Origin: Simkaniaceae bacterium
GTDB taxonomy: Bacteria > Chlamydiota > Chlamydiia > Chlamydiales > Simkaniaceae
Length of the DNA stretch: 57,217 nucleotides
NCBI GenBank assembly: GCA_050248615.1
Contig: JBFWSA010000012.1
Span: 1 to 57,217 of the forward strand
Direction: 5' to 3'
This document shows, piece by piece, positions 1-10,500 of this stretch. Below the pieces are notes generated by a model. That model did no database searches. It saw nothing but the letters and a program-made list of their open reading frames with translations, and was not told the origin of the DNA. Made by a program: the position numbers and the translations under genes. The stretch's first letter is position 1. Each line of letters begins with the position of its first letter.

Positions 1-1
1 A

Positions 2-1318
2 GGCCTTTTTCTTCTCACCTATTTTCTCTGCGTTGTGGTGATTGGCATTCCTGTTTTGATTGGGGAGCTCCTTTTAGGACGGGTGAGCCAGCGCGCAGCT
101 GTCGGGGCATTTGCGGTTTTATCTCCTGAAAAGCCCCGCTGGCAACTAGCGGGATGGTTTGGAGTCATCTCTTCCTTTTTAATCATGTCTTTCTATAGCG
201 TCATTGCAGGATGGGGGATGAGCTATATTTTAATGTCTTTGAGTGGTTTTTATCATAACCTCTCTGCTGGAGAGATTTCTCAGGTTTTTGAGAAACTTTC
301 CCATTCGGGGAGCATTACTGTTTTTTGGCACTTTCTTTTCACTGTGATCACCATGACGATTGTTCTTTCGGGTGTGCGGAAAGGGATTGAGTTTTGGTCC
401 AAAATCATGACGCGGGCCCTATTTGCAATTTTATTTTGCCTCTTTCTTTATAGTTTGACGATGAAGGGGTTTGGGAAAGCAGCGCACTTTATTTTTTATC
501 CCGACTTAGCGGAATTTAAATTTTCGAGTGCGTTAGAAGCTCTGGGTTTAGCATTTTTTACCCTTAGCTTGGGTCAAGGGATCATGATTAGTTATGGAAG
601 CTATATGCGGAAGAAAGAAAATATTCCCCAAATGGCTTGCATTATTGGACTTTCTGTTATCATCGTTGCGACTTTAGCTGCACTGACCATTTTTCCGGTG
701 ATTTTTACGTTTGGTTTTGAGCCGCAGCAAGGATCGGGATTGATTTTTAAAACGCTTCCCTATCTTTTTGCGCAGCTTCCTGGATCTTTGGTGATTTCAA
801 CCGTTTTCTTTACATTGTTTGTTTTTACAGCGCTCACTTCATCTATCCCCTTTGTCGAAGTCGTAGCAACCAACATTATGGAGCTAGCTAAATGGCCTCG
901 TAAACGTGCGGTGATCACTGTGGCTACGGGAACCTTTTTATTTGGAATTCCTAGCGCTCTAGCATTTTCTCAGGAATTTTTCCCCAGTTGGCAAGCGATT
1001 TATGGGTTAAATTTTTTAGATACGATCGATAGTTTAGTTTCCACATGGATCATTCCCATTGGAGGTCTTTTGACCTCTCTTTTCATTGGGTGGTCTCTCA
1101 AACGGCTGATTGCTATGGAGGAATTTCCTCTCGGAAAAAACTGGCAACGTTTTTATCAAGTCTGGCACTTTTTTATGAAATGGATCATTCCCTTGACAAT
1201 TTTTTTAATAATCATGCAAAAAAGTGGACTAGTTGACTTTGATCATTATTTTAATAAGGAAGGTCAGAATGGTGCTCACACCATCCAAAATGAGTCCCCT
1301 AGGGCAGAGGGCTCCTGA
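2..1318 (+). CDS. Sodium-dependent transporter, neurotransmitter:sodium symporter (NSS/SNF) family; 5' end lies outside the window
   Basis: The frame is open from base 2 (GLFLLTYFLC...). It has about 11 hydrophobic segments and NSS motifs IGIPVLIGE..LGR, FYSVIAGW, AFFTLSLGQG.MI.YGSY. Confidence 0.9.
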   Translation, partial: GLFLLTYFLCVVVIGIPVLIGELLLGRVSQRAAVGAFAVLSPEKPRWQLAGWFGVISSFLIMSFYSVIAGWGMSYILMSLSGFYHNLSAGEISQVFEKLSHSGSITVFWHFLFTVITMTIVLSGVRKGIEFWSKIMTRALFAILFCLFLYSLTMKGFGKAAHFIFYPDLAEFKFSSALEALGLAFFTLSLGQGIMISYGSYMRKKENIPQMACIIGLSVIIVATLAALTIFPVIFTFGFEPQQGSGLIFKTLPYLFAQLPGSLVISTVFFTLFVFTALTSSIPFVEVVATNIMELAKWPRKRAVITVATGTFLFGIPSALAFSQEFFPSWQAIYGLNFLDTIDSLVSTWIIPIGGLLTSLFIGWSLKRLIAMEEFPLGKNWQRFYQVWHFFMKWIIPLTIFLIIMQKSGLVDFDHYFNKEGQNGAHTIQNESPRAEGS

Positions 1319-1847
1319 TTTTAAACTCGTCGATGTCCTCACCGAGGATGAAATGTCCCTCAGAGAAATTCAATCGGATATTGCAACGGTTGTCATGTTT
1401 ATTTGCAACCACTGCCCCTATGTGAAACATATCTTAGATGTTCTCGTTGCTTTAACCTGTGATTATATTCCTAAAGGGATCTCTTTTGTGGCGATCAATC
1501 CCAATGATATTAGTGCTTATCCTGAAGATAGTCCGGAAGAGATGCGTAAGTTGGGTGAAGAAAAAGATTTCCCCTTTCCCTACCTTTTTGATGGGACGCA
1601 AAATGTCGCCCGAGCTTATGATGCGGCGTGCACTCCAGATTTTTTTGTTTATGATCAAAATATGAAGCTTGTATACCGGGGGCAATTTGATGACTCGCGT
1701 CCGGGAAATCACAACCCCGTGACAGGAAAAGATCTCTCTGAAGCTCTGGACTGTTTGCTCCGGGGAAAAAGGGTGACACTGGATCAACATCCGAGTATTG
1801 GATGTAATATTAAGTGGAAGCAAAAAGAACTCGCAGCGACTTATTAA
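1269..1847 (+). CDS. Thioredoxin-like/AhpC-TSA family redoxin
   Basis: Motifs APDF.L, FICNHCPYV, FPYLFD, AACTPDFF, SIGCNIKW. ATG at 1269 (AAGGAAGG upstream) is preferred over the ORF-track start at 1233. Confidence 0.9.
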   Translation: MVLTPSKMSPLGQRAPDFKLVDVLTEDEMSLREIQSDIATVVMFICNHCPYVKHILDVLVALTCDYIPKGISFVAINPNDISAYPEDSPEEMRKLGEEKDFPFPYLFDGTQNVARAYDAACTPDFFVYDQNMKLVYRGQFDDSRPGNHNPVTGKDLSEALDCLLRGKRVTLDQHPSIGCNIKWKQKELAATY

Positions 1848-1848
1848 T

Positions 1849-2014
1849 AACGCGAATTCTGGATTAACTCTTCATGAGAACCCTTATCTTTTTGTGATCT
1901 TTTCAGGAAAAGCTGCTCGAAGGTAGCGCTTTGGCTATCTCCTTCGCAGATTTTCTCAAAAATCTCCTCAAAAATCTAACCCTTCTCAAGGAGAGTTAAT
2001 CCAGAATTCGCGTT
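1849..2014. repeat. Fold-back/MITE-like element, family A (166 bp)
   Basis: Perfect 23-bp terminal inverted repeat AACGCGAATTCTGGATTAACTCT (1849-1871 / 1992-2014), extending imperfectly to about 32 bp. It also contains a degenerate internal hairpin. Confidence 0.85.
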
Positions 2015-2062
2015 GCCAAAAACCAATTTTTGAAACCGTTTCGGTATAAATATTTTTTAGCG

Positions 2063-2091
2063 TTGTTTTCATTGCACCATCTCACTATACT
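2063..2091 (+). promoter_or_regulatory. Candidate sigma66/sigma70-type promoter
   Basis: TTGTTT-N17-TATACT upstream of the ORF at 2109. Confidence 0.35.
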
Positions 2092-2108
2092 TTTGCCTAA
2101 TTTTATCA

Positions 2109-3215
2109 ATGATAGGTGCAATGATGGCGATGCATATCTTTGAAACACAAACATTAAGAACTCCTCCTCCTCCCCCTTCTCCTTTTTGGGGAAGTCCTGA
2201 GATGGTTGCTCCTCCTTCAAAAAAAACCTATCCAGGAATTGCTCTATATCCCGAGGAACTTCGAGAGGCGATAGACAAAATACATCGCTGTTTTCCTGAG
2301 GTGTTTCGCGTTCTTTCAGCTCAATTTGAAAAGGGGATTTCTATTGAAGTCCAAGTCGATCTTCCGATTGTAAAAAAAGAGTTTGTCAAAGCCTCTGATC
2401 TTAAAAAAAGGAATATTCAAGTTGGGGATCTTGTTCCAGATACAAAAGGGCTTTTTTCTATTGATGACTTATATGTTCGGGGAATTAAGGTCGGGCCTTC
2501 TCACGAAGGTTTTAAAGCTTATTGGGATTTTGGGAAGCGGACACTCACACTAGGACATGCCCATTATTCTCAATATAAAGCGGATGCTATTTATAAACAG
2601 GTCTTTTCTCTCCTATTTGAACTACAAAATGCCCAGTATACCTCTCTGTTTGAGGCCCTTTTTCAAAAGGGTTCCCAGATCTCTAAAGCAAATTTTGTAA
2701 GAGGGTTTGAAACGATTGAGTTTAGCACGACCCGTTTGACTTTTCATCGTTTGGAAAGGATGGAAGAGGAGGGAGAGTTTGATGAGGTCTACAACCAGTC
2801 TCGCTACATGTATCCTGATTTATCCCTTTACTATCTTCACCAACAAGCTGTAGGTCATTCGGGACAGTATGGTCGCATTCATGATACGGCATTTGGAACG
2901 GAAAAGAGAACTCCTTATCAAGGGACGTGGAAAGTGCCCTTTCCTTCACCCGATAGAGAGGGGACCCTCTCTCAAGAGCAGTTTTTGCTTGCACGTATTC
3001 TTTCTGACCATATCGAAGCGCTTTATGAACCCAACCAGAGGGTTAGAACTCAGAAAGAAACCGAGCTAAAAGATTCAATTTGCGCAGTGAGAGAAGGCGC
3101 TTCAGCGGGCTTTGCTCTTCACAAACACCTTTTGGCTAACTTGGAGCATTTTCAGGGAGAATATCGCAAATATGTTGACCGGGAAAAGCCTCAGCGTGTC
3201 ATTAATCTAATCTAG
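2109..3215 (+). CDS. Hypothetical protein (ORFan) with Pro-rich N-terminus; candidate secreted effector
   Basis: 368-aa ORF with a TPPPPPSP stretch. No family was recognised. The stop overlaps the convergent mfd stop. The exact start (2109-2130) is uncertain. Confidence 0.7.
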   Translation: MIGAMMAMHIFETQTLRTPPPPPSPFWGSPEMVAPPSKKTYPGIALYPEELREAIDKIHRCFPEVFRVLSAQFEKGISIEVQVDLPIVKKEFVKASDLKKRNIQVGDLVPDTKGLFSIDDLYVRGIKVGPSHEGFKAYWDFGKRTLTLGHAHYSQYKADAIYKQVFSLLFELQNAQYTSLFEALFQKGSQISKANFVRGFETIEFSTTRLTFHRLERMEEEGEFDEVYNQSRYMYPDLSLYYLHQQAVGHSGQYGRIHDTAFGTEKRTPYQGTWKVPFPSPDREGTLSQEQFLLARILSDHIEALYEPNQRVRTQKETELKDSICAVREGASAGFALHKHLLANLEHFQGEYRKYVDREKPQRVINLI

Positions 3216-6200
3216 ATTGAAAAGTCACGCCTTAAGAATCCAATCGTAATAAATTCAAACTCTTCTGGATCGTCTATTAGAGGAAGAAAGATCTTTTTCT
3301 CGAGTTCTTTTTTCCCTAATTGACGTTTGGCATGTACGGTGATTTTGTCAAATTTAAGGCTTACAAATTGATGGGTAGAAGCAAAGACGCGGATGCGGCT
3401 GAAGGCGAGTAACCATTGAGCTTGTTTGGGAAGAGGGCCAAAACGATCGATGAGTTCTTCTGAGAGTTTTTGAATCTCTTCAGGAGAAGTGGTCTCTCCT
3501 AAACGGTGGTAAATTTCCATGCGGAGGTTTGTTTCTGGAATATAAGTCGGAGGGAGATTGGCATCATAGGAGAAATCCATTCGGGTATCGAAAAAGGTGG
3601 GGGAGATCTCTTTTTTAAGGGTGTCAATGGTGCGCTTCAGGAGTTTGCAGTAGAAGTGAAACCCAATTGCAGAGACGTTTCCCGATTGTTGGACACCCAA
3701 AAGATCTCCAGCGCCGCGGATTTCTAAGTCGCGCATGGCCAGTTTCATCCCTCCTCCAAAGCCCGAAGTCTCGATCAGGGCTTTCAGGCGTTTTTGCGAA
3801 ATTTCCATTAGTTCTCGATTTCTCGGAATCAGAAAATAGGCATAGGCCGTCCGGTTCCACCGCCCGACGCGCCCTCTCAGTTGGTAGAGATCTGCCATTC
3901 CAAAGGCATCTGCGCGGTCAATTAAAATGGTATTGGCATTGGGGATATCGACTCCATTCTCCACAATGGTAGTAGCGACTAAGATGTCCAATTCCCCTTG
4001 CTTGAACTGATGGAAAACAGCATCGATTTCATCTGGAGCCATCTGTCCATGCCCGACAGCAACACGAGCATTGGGGAGAAGTTTGCGGAGATCATCGGCC
4101 ACTTGATGAATGGTCTCTACGCGGTTGTGAATGAAATAGGCCTGTCCATCGCGTGCCAGCTCTCTTAAGAGCGCATTTTTGATGAGCTCTTCTTCTCGCT
4201 CTGCTAAAATGGTTTTAATCGGCAAACGATCTTGAGGTGGCGTGTTGATGATAGACATATCACGCGCACCCACAAGGGAAAAGTAGAGGGTGCGCGGGAT
4301 GGGAGTGGCTGAAAGGGTGAGACAATCGACTCCCATTTTTGCTTTTTTTAGGTGCTCTTTGGCGCGCACGCCGAACCGCTGCTCCTCATCAATAATAATC
4401 AATCCTAGATCTTTAAATTGAACATCTTTGCTAATGATCCGATGGGTTCCGATGAGAATATCGACATGTCCTTGAGCAACCCCCTCAAGAGTTTGTTTCA
4501 CCTCTTTGGGTTTGATAAAGCGGGAAGCTACCCCTACGGTAATAGGAAAATCTGCCATACGCTCTTTAAAGGTTTCGTAGTGTTGCATGGCAAGAACCGT
4601 TGTGGGAACTAAAACGGCAACTTGTTTTCCTCCATCCATAGCGGCTTTGAAAGCTGCACGCATGGCGACCTCTGTTTTTCCATACCCTACATCTCCACAA
4701 ACCAGGCGGTCCATCGCTTTAGAAGACTCCATATCCTCTTTAATCGCTTGAATCGCGAGGAGTTGATCTTCGGTTTCTACAAAGGGAAACTCTTCTTCAA
4801 AGAGGAACATGTCCTCAGAGTCTTTAGGATAAGTAAAGCCCCCTTTTGCCTCTCTTTCTGCTTGGAGGTTAAGGAGGTCACGGGCGTAACCAATGATTGC
4901 TTTTTGGGCATTTGCCTTCGCTTGCTGCCATTTTTTCGTCCCTAATACATTGAGCGCGGGAACTTCATTGCGCGTTCCAATATAGCGACTGATAAGGTGG
5001 GATTGAGAAAGAGGAACATAAAGACGGCTCGAGTTAGCATACTCTAAGATTAAAAACTCCTCTTCCGTGCCTAAGTGGTTTTTTTGTTTTTCAATCCCAC
5101 AAAATTTTCCCACTCCATTGTGGAAGTGGACGACCATATCTCCTTTCTGGAGCTCATGAAACTCTGAAGCAGGGGTGTGATAGGTATTCCGCCATTTTTG
5201 CCTTGAGACCTTGTACCTTTTAGTCAATTCTGGATAAGGGAAGAGGACTAGGGAGGCATCTTCTAAAACGAAACCACTTGAAAGGTACCCTCTCTCAAAG
5301 GTGGACGTTTTAGGCAGAGGGAGAAGCGTTTGATTGATTTTTTCGCGGAAAGATTTCTCTTCAGCTTCCGAAGCGGTAACAAAAGTGACGGAGAGTTCTC
5401 TTCCTTTCTGCAAAAGGGCCTCCAATCGTTTTTCTTCAATGACATTTTCCCAGAAGAAAGAATCAATGGGGGTAAACCCATGATGCATTCGTTTGGTCTC
5501 GAGATGTTCGTTGAAAATCTCAAAAGAGACGGTTTGCAGAGGGGTTTTTCCACTGTAAAAATCCCGTCCGATTTTTTTTTGCTCTTCTAATTCAGAAAGT
5601 TCCTCTAAAGGATGGTGGGTAAAGTAGAGGGTCTGGAATGAGGACATTTGCTTAAAGAGTTCAGAAAAGCTTAAGAAAAGAGGAGAGTTAACCCCCGGCA
5701 GATCTTTCAAGGAGACATAACGATCTTCAATTGCTAAGAGATCGTCGAAAAGAACAAGGGTTTCTTTGCCCAGATAATCCAATAAGGTGCAGAGAGTAGA
5801 TTCTTTTTGCATCAGAGAGAGTTCCTGAGCTGGATGGATGCAAAAAGAGACTTCTTTCCCAATCGATTTCTGACTAATCGGATCGTAAGCACGGATTTCT
5901 TCGACCTCATCTCCAAAAAAATCAAGTCGGTAAGGGTTAAAACTGGCGACGGGAAAAATATCTAGGATTCCTCCGCGGACAGCAAACTCTCCTTTATCCG
6001 TTGCAATGCTTTCCCGACGATAACCCAGAGAGATTAACAAATCGGGGAGGGAATCAAAGGGAAGGAGGTCACCTTGTTTGATAGTGAGGAGTTTTTCTTG
6101 AAGCGATTTTGGGCAGCAGACTTTTTGTAAGATCCCTTGAAGAGGAGTGAGAACAATTTTAGGCCCTTTTTCTTGAAGGAGTTTTCCTAAGATTTCAAAA

Positions 6201-6490
6201 CGTTTTCCGATGATGTCAGGGCTGGGTAAAATCTCTTCTCCCGGAAGCGTTTCCCATGCAGGGAAGGCAAGCACACGATTGGGAGTTAAAAAGCATAAGT
6301 CGTCAAAAAGGCGTGTTTCTCTTTCGCCCCCTGAGATAATCAGGATATTTTTCTGTACCTTCTCTAAAGCAATCCAAGCTATAAGGGCTTTCGGAGCATC
6401 CCAAAGACCTTCAAAAAGGAGAGATTTTTCTTGTGTGATGGCCGCTTCTATCGCTTGGATAGAGGGACTTTCTTTCAAATTTTTCAGCAT
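3212..6490 (-). CDS. mfd: Transcription-repair coupling factor Mfd
   Basis: UvrB-homology region (GEFAVRGGILDIFP), CarD/RID domain, MDRLVCGDVGYGKTEVAMRAAF, DEEQRFGV, QLRGRVGR, DLEIRGAG and TRCF domain. ATG at 6490 is chosen because the longer ORF extension runs through a repeat. Confidence 0.97.
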   Translation of the reverse strand: MLKNLKESPSIQAIEAAITQEKSLLFEGLWDAPKALIAWIALEKVQKNILIISGGERETRLFDDLCFLTPNRVLAFPAWETLPGEEILPSPDIIGKRFEILGKLLQEKGPKIVLTPLQGILQKVCCPKSLQEKLLTIKQGDLLPFDSLPDLLISLGYRRESIATDKGEFAVRGGILDIFPVASFNPYRLDFFGDEVEEIRAYDPISQKSIGKEVSFCIHPAQELSLMQKESTLCTLLDYLGKETLVLFDDLLAIEDRYVSLKDLPGVNSPLFLSFSELFKQMSSFQTLYFTHHPLEELSELEEQKKIGRDFYSGKTPLQTVSFEIFNEHLETKRMHHGFTPIDSFFWENVIEEKRLEALLQKGRELSVTFVTASEAEEKSFREKINQTLLPLPKTSTFERGYLSSGFVLEDASLVLFPYPELTKRYKVSRQKWRNTYHTPASEFHELQKGDMVVHFHNGVGKFCGIEKQKNHLGTEEEFLILEYANSSRLYVPLSQSHLISRYIGTRNEVPALNVLGTKKWQQAKANAQKAIIGYARDLLNLQAEREAKGGFTYPKDSEDMFLFEEEFPFVETEDQLLAIQAIKEDMESSKAMDRLVCGDVGYGKTEVAMRAAFKAAMDGGKQVAVLVPTTVLAMQHYETFKERMADFPITVGVASRFIKPKEVKQTLEGVAQGHVDILIGTHRIISKDVQFKDLGLIIIDEEQRFGVRAKEHLKKAKMGVDCLTLSATPIPRTLYFSLVGARDMSIINTPPQDRLPIKTILAEREEELIKNALLRELARDGQAYFIHNRVETIHQVADDLRKLLPNARVAVGHGQMAPDEIDAVFHQFKQGELDILVATTIVENGVDIPNANTILIDRADAFGMADLYQLRGRVGRWNRTAYAYFLIPRNRELMEISQKRLKALIETSGFGGGMKLAMRDLEIRGAGDLLGVQQSGNVSAIGFHFYCKLLKRTIDTLKKEISPTFFDTRMDFSYDANLPPTYIPETNLRMEIYHRLGETTSPEEIQKLSEELIDRFGPLPKQAQWLLAFSRIRVFASTHQFVSLKFDKITVHAKRQLGKKELEKKIFLPLIDDPEEFEFITIGFLRRDFSI

Positions 6491-6499
6491 GTAAAAATA

Positions 6500-6534
6500 T
6501 ATACCCAAACAACTTTTGAAATTTTTTGAGTATA
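6500..6534. repeat. Collapsed 35-bp palindrome, family B
   Basis: TATACCCAAACAACTTTTGAAATTTTTTGAGTATA matches the joined ends of the element at 33237-33402. Confidence 0.75.
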
Positions 6535-6869
6535 GCATGTGCTGGGAAATTCCTCTGAGAAAAATTTCTCTTTTGCTAAAAAATAGGGGGTGTGCTATCA
6601 TTATTTGGTATACAAGTTAATGACTTGATTTGGGGAAGGAGGCGAAAAGAATGTCTCTTTTAGTTTTCTCGCGGGGATTGCGAGCAGCGGGCACTGTCAA
6701 TTCTTTTTATCCTCTATTCCCCCAACAAGAAATTACTTTGGTCATTGGTGTTCAATGACATACAGTTTTGTGCAGTCCAAGTTTCTTTTTTCCTTATCTG
6801 CACTTAGGGTAAGGTTTTCCCTCCAGCTTGGGCTGCACTTTTTTTCATCCCAAAAGTAAAATTAAAATT

Positions 6870-7469
6870 TTATTTTAATACGATCGGTTCCCGCTTGTTG
6901 CGTTCGGATGATTTTACGATAAAATAAACCATAGAAATCACAAGAATTACCCTAACCACCTTTATACCCAAAGATTCTTCCTTCCTTGCTAAAGAGACGG
7001 CTCTATCTCTCTTGGCACAGGCTACGATTTGCAAAGCCTCTCGCTTTTCTGATTCTGTTGAGGGAGGGGGCTGATCGAAAGGATTTATTAATTCAGAGTG
7101 TGTTGTGACAAAATACGTACTGTCGAGAAACTTGACCTCTGAGGGATAGTAATAAAGCTGAATCCTTTTTAACCCGAAACTAAAAGGTTGGCTGCAGTTA
7201 TTACAATGGTGCGCTCGGCAGAGAGGACAGGAAGAGCTTTTGGAAGATAAAATCCACCCTTGAATACAATTTTTGTGGAAAACATGGTTACACTTTTCCA
7301 AAAAATTTAGATCGACAAACTCGGGTAATTCATCGAGCTCACTTATTGCCAAATGAGAAAAATAGACGGTTTCCCGATGCATGATCTTAAATAAAAGATT
7401 ATCGCTTACCTTAAATTGTTCAAGGCAAATGGAGCAATTACTGTAGTTTGATTCTATTCTATTACTCAT
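6870..7469 (-). CDS. RING-H2 finger protein with C-terminal transmembrane helix; putative E3 ubiquitin ligase effector
   Basis: C12-x2-C15-x44-C60-x-H62-x2-H65-x2-C68 (W72)-x12-C81-x2-C84, followed later by the hydrophobic tail VVRVILVISMVYFIV and basic residues. Confidence 0.8.
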   Translation of the reverse strand: MSNRIESNYSNCSICLEQFKVSDNLLFKIMHRETVYFSHLAISELDELPEFVDLNFLEKCNHVFHKNCIQGWILSSKSSSCPLCRAHHCNNCSQPFSFGLKRIQLYYYPSEVKFLDSTYFVTTHSELINPFDQPPPSTESEKREALQIVACAKRDRAVSLARKEESLGIKVVRVILVISMVYFIVKSSERNKREPIVLK

Positions 7470-7509
7470 TTTTCCCAGTTGTTCTTTTTATTAAACTAAA
7501 ATAAGGCAA

Positions 7510-7560
7510 TTGCTCTTTTTTCAGAAGGGTTTTATACTACCCACATTTAACTTGAGGGAG
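7510..7560 (+). promoter_or_regulatory. Candidate sigma66 promoter and RBS of the OTU-toxin gene
   Basis: TTGCTC(7510-7515)-N17-TATACT(7533-7538), and GAGGGAG at 7554-7560 before ATG 7569. Confidence 0.55.
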
Positions 7561-7568
7561 TTATATTC

Positions 7569-10500
7569 ATGACAAGTGCATCCCCCGTATTAGGTTCTAA
7601 TCAAGCATCCTTTCAGGTCCCCAATCCCCCCTTTAAAAAATTGCCAACCCTCCCAGATGGCAATTGCCTTATTCATGCTATTTTTGGTCTGCTCTATGAA
7701 GGAGGGGTTTATTGCGAAGAGGCCCCCTCTCAAAGAATCCAGATTGCCCAAAAATTTAGACAGCATAGCAAAAAGCATCCTTGTGAAGTGCTGAGATCTT
7801 TTATTCTAAGAAGCAAAGTGACCCAAGAGAGTATCGATCTCGAGTGGCTCACTCGCTCGATGGAAAGAGATAAAGAGTTTTTAGGGTTAGAACATGCTGA
7901 ACTCATTGCGAAAGTTTATCGACTGAATATGCGTGTCTATCATGAGGAGACCTATGAAAAAGTAGATCTATTCTATAACAATAACCAAGCTCCCAGTCCG
8001 GATGGGATCATTTCCTTTGATGGGGTTGGGCATTGGTCTCAATGTGTATGCCCGAAACCTTTTGCCAACACATTTTCTGGAGGTTTGCGCTTTTCCTATT
8101 CGACTCTCCAAAAACGCTTCGAAAAGAATCAAGGAAGTGTTCAAGCGCAAGAGAGGGAAAATAAGAGGGAAGTGTCTACAAGCTCTTTTTTTCAGGATGG
8201 CTATCAAGAGAGTGATGAGCCGTTTCAAAGTTTTCTCCAAAATAGCTGGAAACAGATTGGGAGGGGAGCTGTTGTCGATGCAGCCGCTAAAGTCATCATC
8301 CGATCTTTATCCGAACCTGAAGAAACCCATCCAGACATTACTCAATATTTTGATAGCACTGATCTTGATGATAAAACGACTCGCTATAGAAGCCCCAACT
8401 ATGCCCTCGCAGGAGAACTTCAAGTCTTAATACAAAAGCACGCTCTTTTGCATTACCAACTGTTGCAACTCTTAAGAATCAACAATCGAAAATTGATGGA
8501 TAAACTCAAGCCAGATACAAGGGAGTGGGATGCGTATACCCAAAGAGGAGACTATGGTAACTCCTTTTGGGATATCCCCCACTGCATTTTGACTTGGGGA
8601 ACTATGGGGGGAGCTGCCGCTTTTAGCCAAACCGCAGTAGACAAGTTTAGATCTCTCCTTGCCAGGGAATTGGTGATTATCTATCTGAAAGAAGACAACG
8701 CAAGGATCCATTATTTTCAAGGGCGAGAAATCTCTCCTGTGACCATTGATGCCCCAAGCCTGGCAGCGTATGAAGAATATAAAAAAGTTATCTTGAATGC
8801 GTCAAAAGCGGAAGCGCTCTATGGATGGACAGTCCGACGAGGGGAGAAAGCTTGGGAGATGTTTAAACATACTGTTAAAAATGAACTTTCCCACGTGACT
8901 ATTTCCGGGGGAGTCTCCCTCATTATGGCCAATCCCGTTCCCGTCGTTTCCCAAGGGGTATCCTCTGGAATCTCTGCTTTTAAAGCATTTGTTGATCCTT
9001 ATGATGATCAAACCCGACTCCATGAGGTGATGCCTTATGTTTCCCCTGCAATGAGCTTAATGCAAGGAGATGTGAGCGGAGCTGTTATTGGAGTTAGTTG
9101 CGATATTTATTTAAGAGAACAGCTTAAAGATCATCCGACCACTGAGCTGGGGAAAAGCTTCTTCGTCTCGAGTTGCAAAGGAGTTTTAACGGGAAGTGTA
9201 GAAGGCTATGCCAACAGTATGGTGAGCTTTGCGCTAACAGAAGCGGGACAAAGAGTGGCTCCAGAAGACCACTTTGACAACTCCATCCCCACAAGACTCT
9301 TTCGAGCGGCCTTAACAAGTAAAGATGCAACGGGCTTGGTAGCAAGTCAGCTTACGCGCGCTGTTGATCGTCGGTTCAACCCTATTTATTTTGATAGATC
9401 CCATCTAGCCACTCAAGCTCCTGAAGTAGTCGATATTGTCTATCAAGTCGATAAATCCCGTGGGGATTACTATATCAACCTAGTAGAGAATGGAAAGTTT
9501 CAAAAAGAAGTCGGGATAGCGCCCAGTAAGGAAAAGGCTCAAGATATCTGCAATCAATTAAATTATGTGATTCAGCAGGTCAATACCCTCAATAGTTATG
9601 CTTTTGGCCTTCAGGAAGCGTATGAAAAGGCAGGCATCCCCCTCAATGAGATTCCCGGAAAGCTTACGTTTGCGATTCCCTACTTCGAAATGACAGGGGA
9701 TGGGACGAAAACCAAAGTGTATTTAAATGGGGAGAAAACCTTCACAGGGACAGGCTTTAAAGCCTCTATGGATGCTCTCAAAACCCAAGTGAATACCAAA
9801 ATCCAGGAATACGAAGCCACCCTTAAACAAAACTTTCCCGAGTTTCAAGGGACACGAATTCCCGTTCCAAAGCCCACCAAAGTTCCCAAAGAGCATGGGT
9901 TTTGGTACAACTTTTGGCGTCATCCTCTAGAGACTTTGGATGACTATGGCATTGGTGTAAATGTCAATGTGAATGTAGAGGTTCCTCTCTATGCAGAGCC
10001 CAAAAAACCCAGTTATACCTCACCTCCCGCAACCGTGGATCTAGAAACCATCGAGGTAGGGCGTAAGGAACCTTCCGTAAGAGCTCCCAGTGTCCCAAGT
10101 GCTCCATCACTCAATTCTCAGTTAGGTTCTTTTAACGGTGAGTGGAATTGGCAGAGTTTCCAGACCTATCAAAATGCTTTGATAATGAACGCGATTGAAG
10201 AGGGGATAGCATCAAGAAATCTATTACAACTCCCTTCGCCTCATCCACTAGATTTAAGAGATCCGAATGGGTCAATAGAGTCAGCGCATAAAGAGATCTG
10301 GGGGCAGGGTTTTTTTGATCGGAATATAGAGGTCTTAAAAATGAAAACCTATCCCGCAGGAGACAATAGTGTGTCAAATATTCCTCTGTGGTTAAGAGGG
10401 TTTGCTAATCCCGATCATTTATCATATGATCCTCAAGAGCGCATTGAAGTGAATAGTCAATGTTTAGTGGCAGGGGCACATTCCATTGGAACGCTTATGG

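Noticed and set aside
1849..2014. Fold-back elements as integron attC sites (AAC…GTT ends on families A and C)
   Set aside because: The ends do not fit RYYYAAC/GTTRRRY, the outer stems are perfect without the extrahelical bases typical of attC, other families lack the motif, and no integrase or cassette array is present.
6491..6601. N-terminal extension of Mfd given by the ORF track
   Set aside because: It translates through the family B palindrome and does not look like Mfd. ATG 6490 is more plausible.
6651..6838. 35-codon ORF (6651-6758) with a strong AAGGAGG RBS, and an 11/12-bp inverted repeat (6770-6781 / 6827-6838)
   Set aside because: The ORF is too short and has no recognisable motif. 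It may be a gene remnant but cannot be supported.
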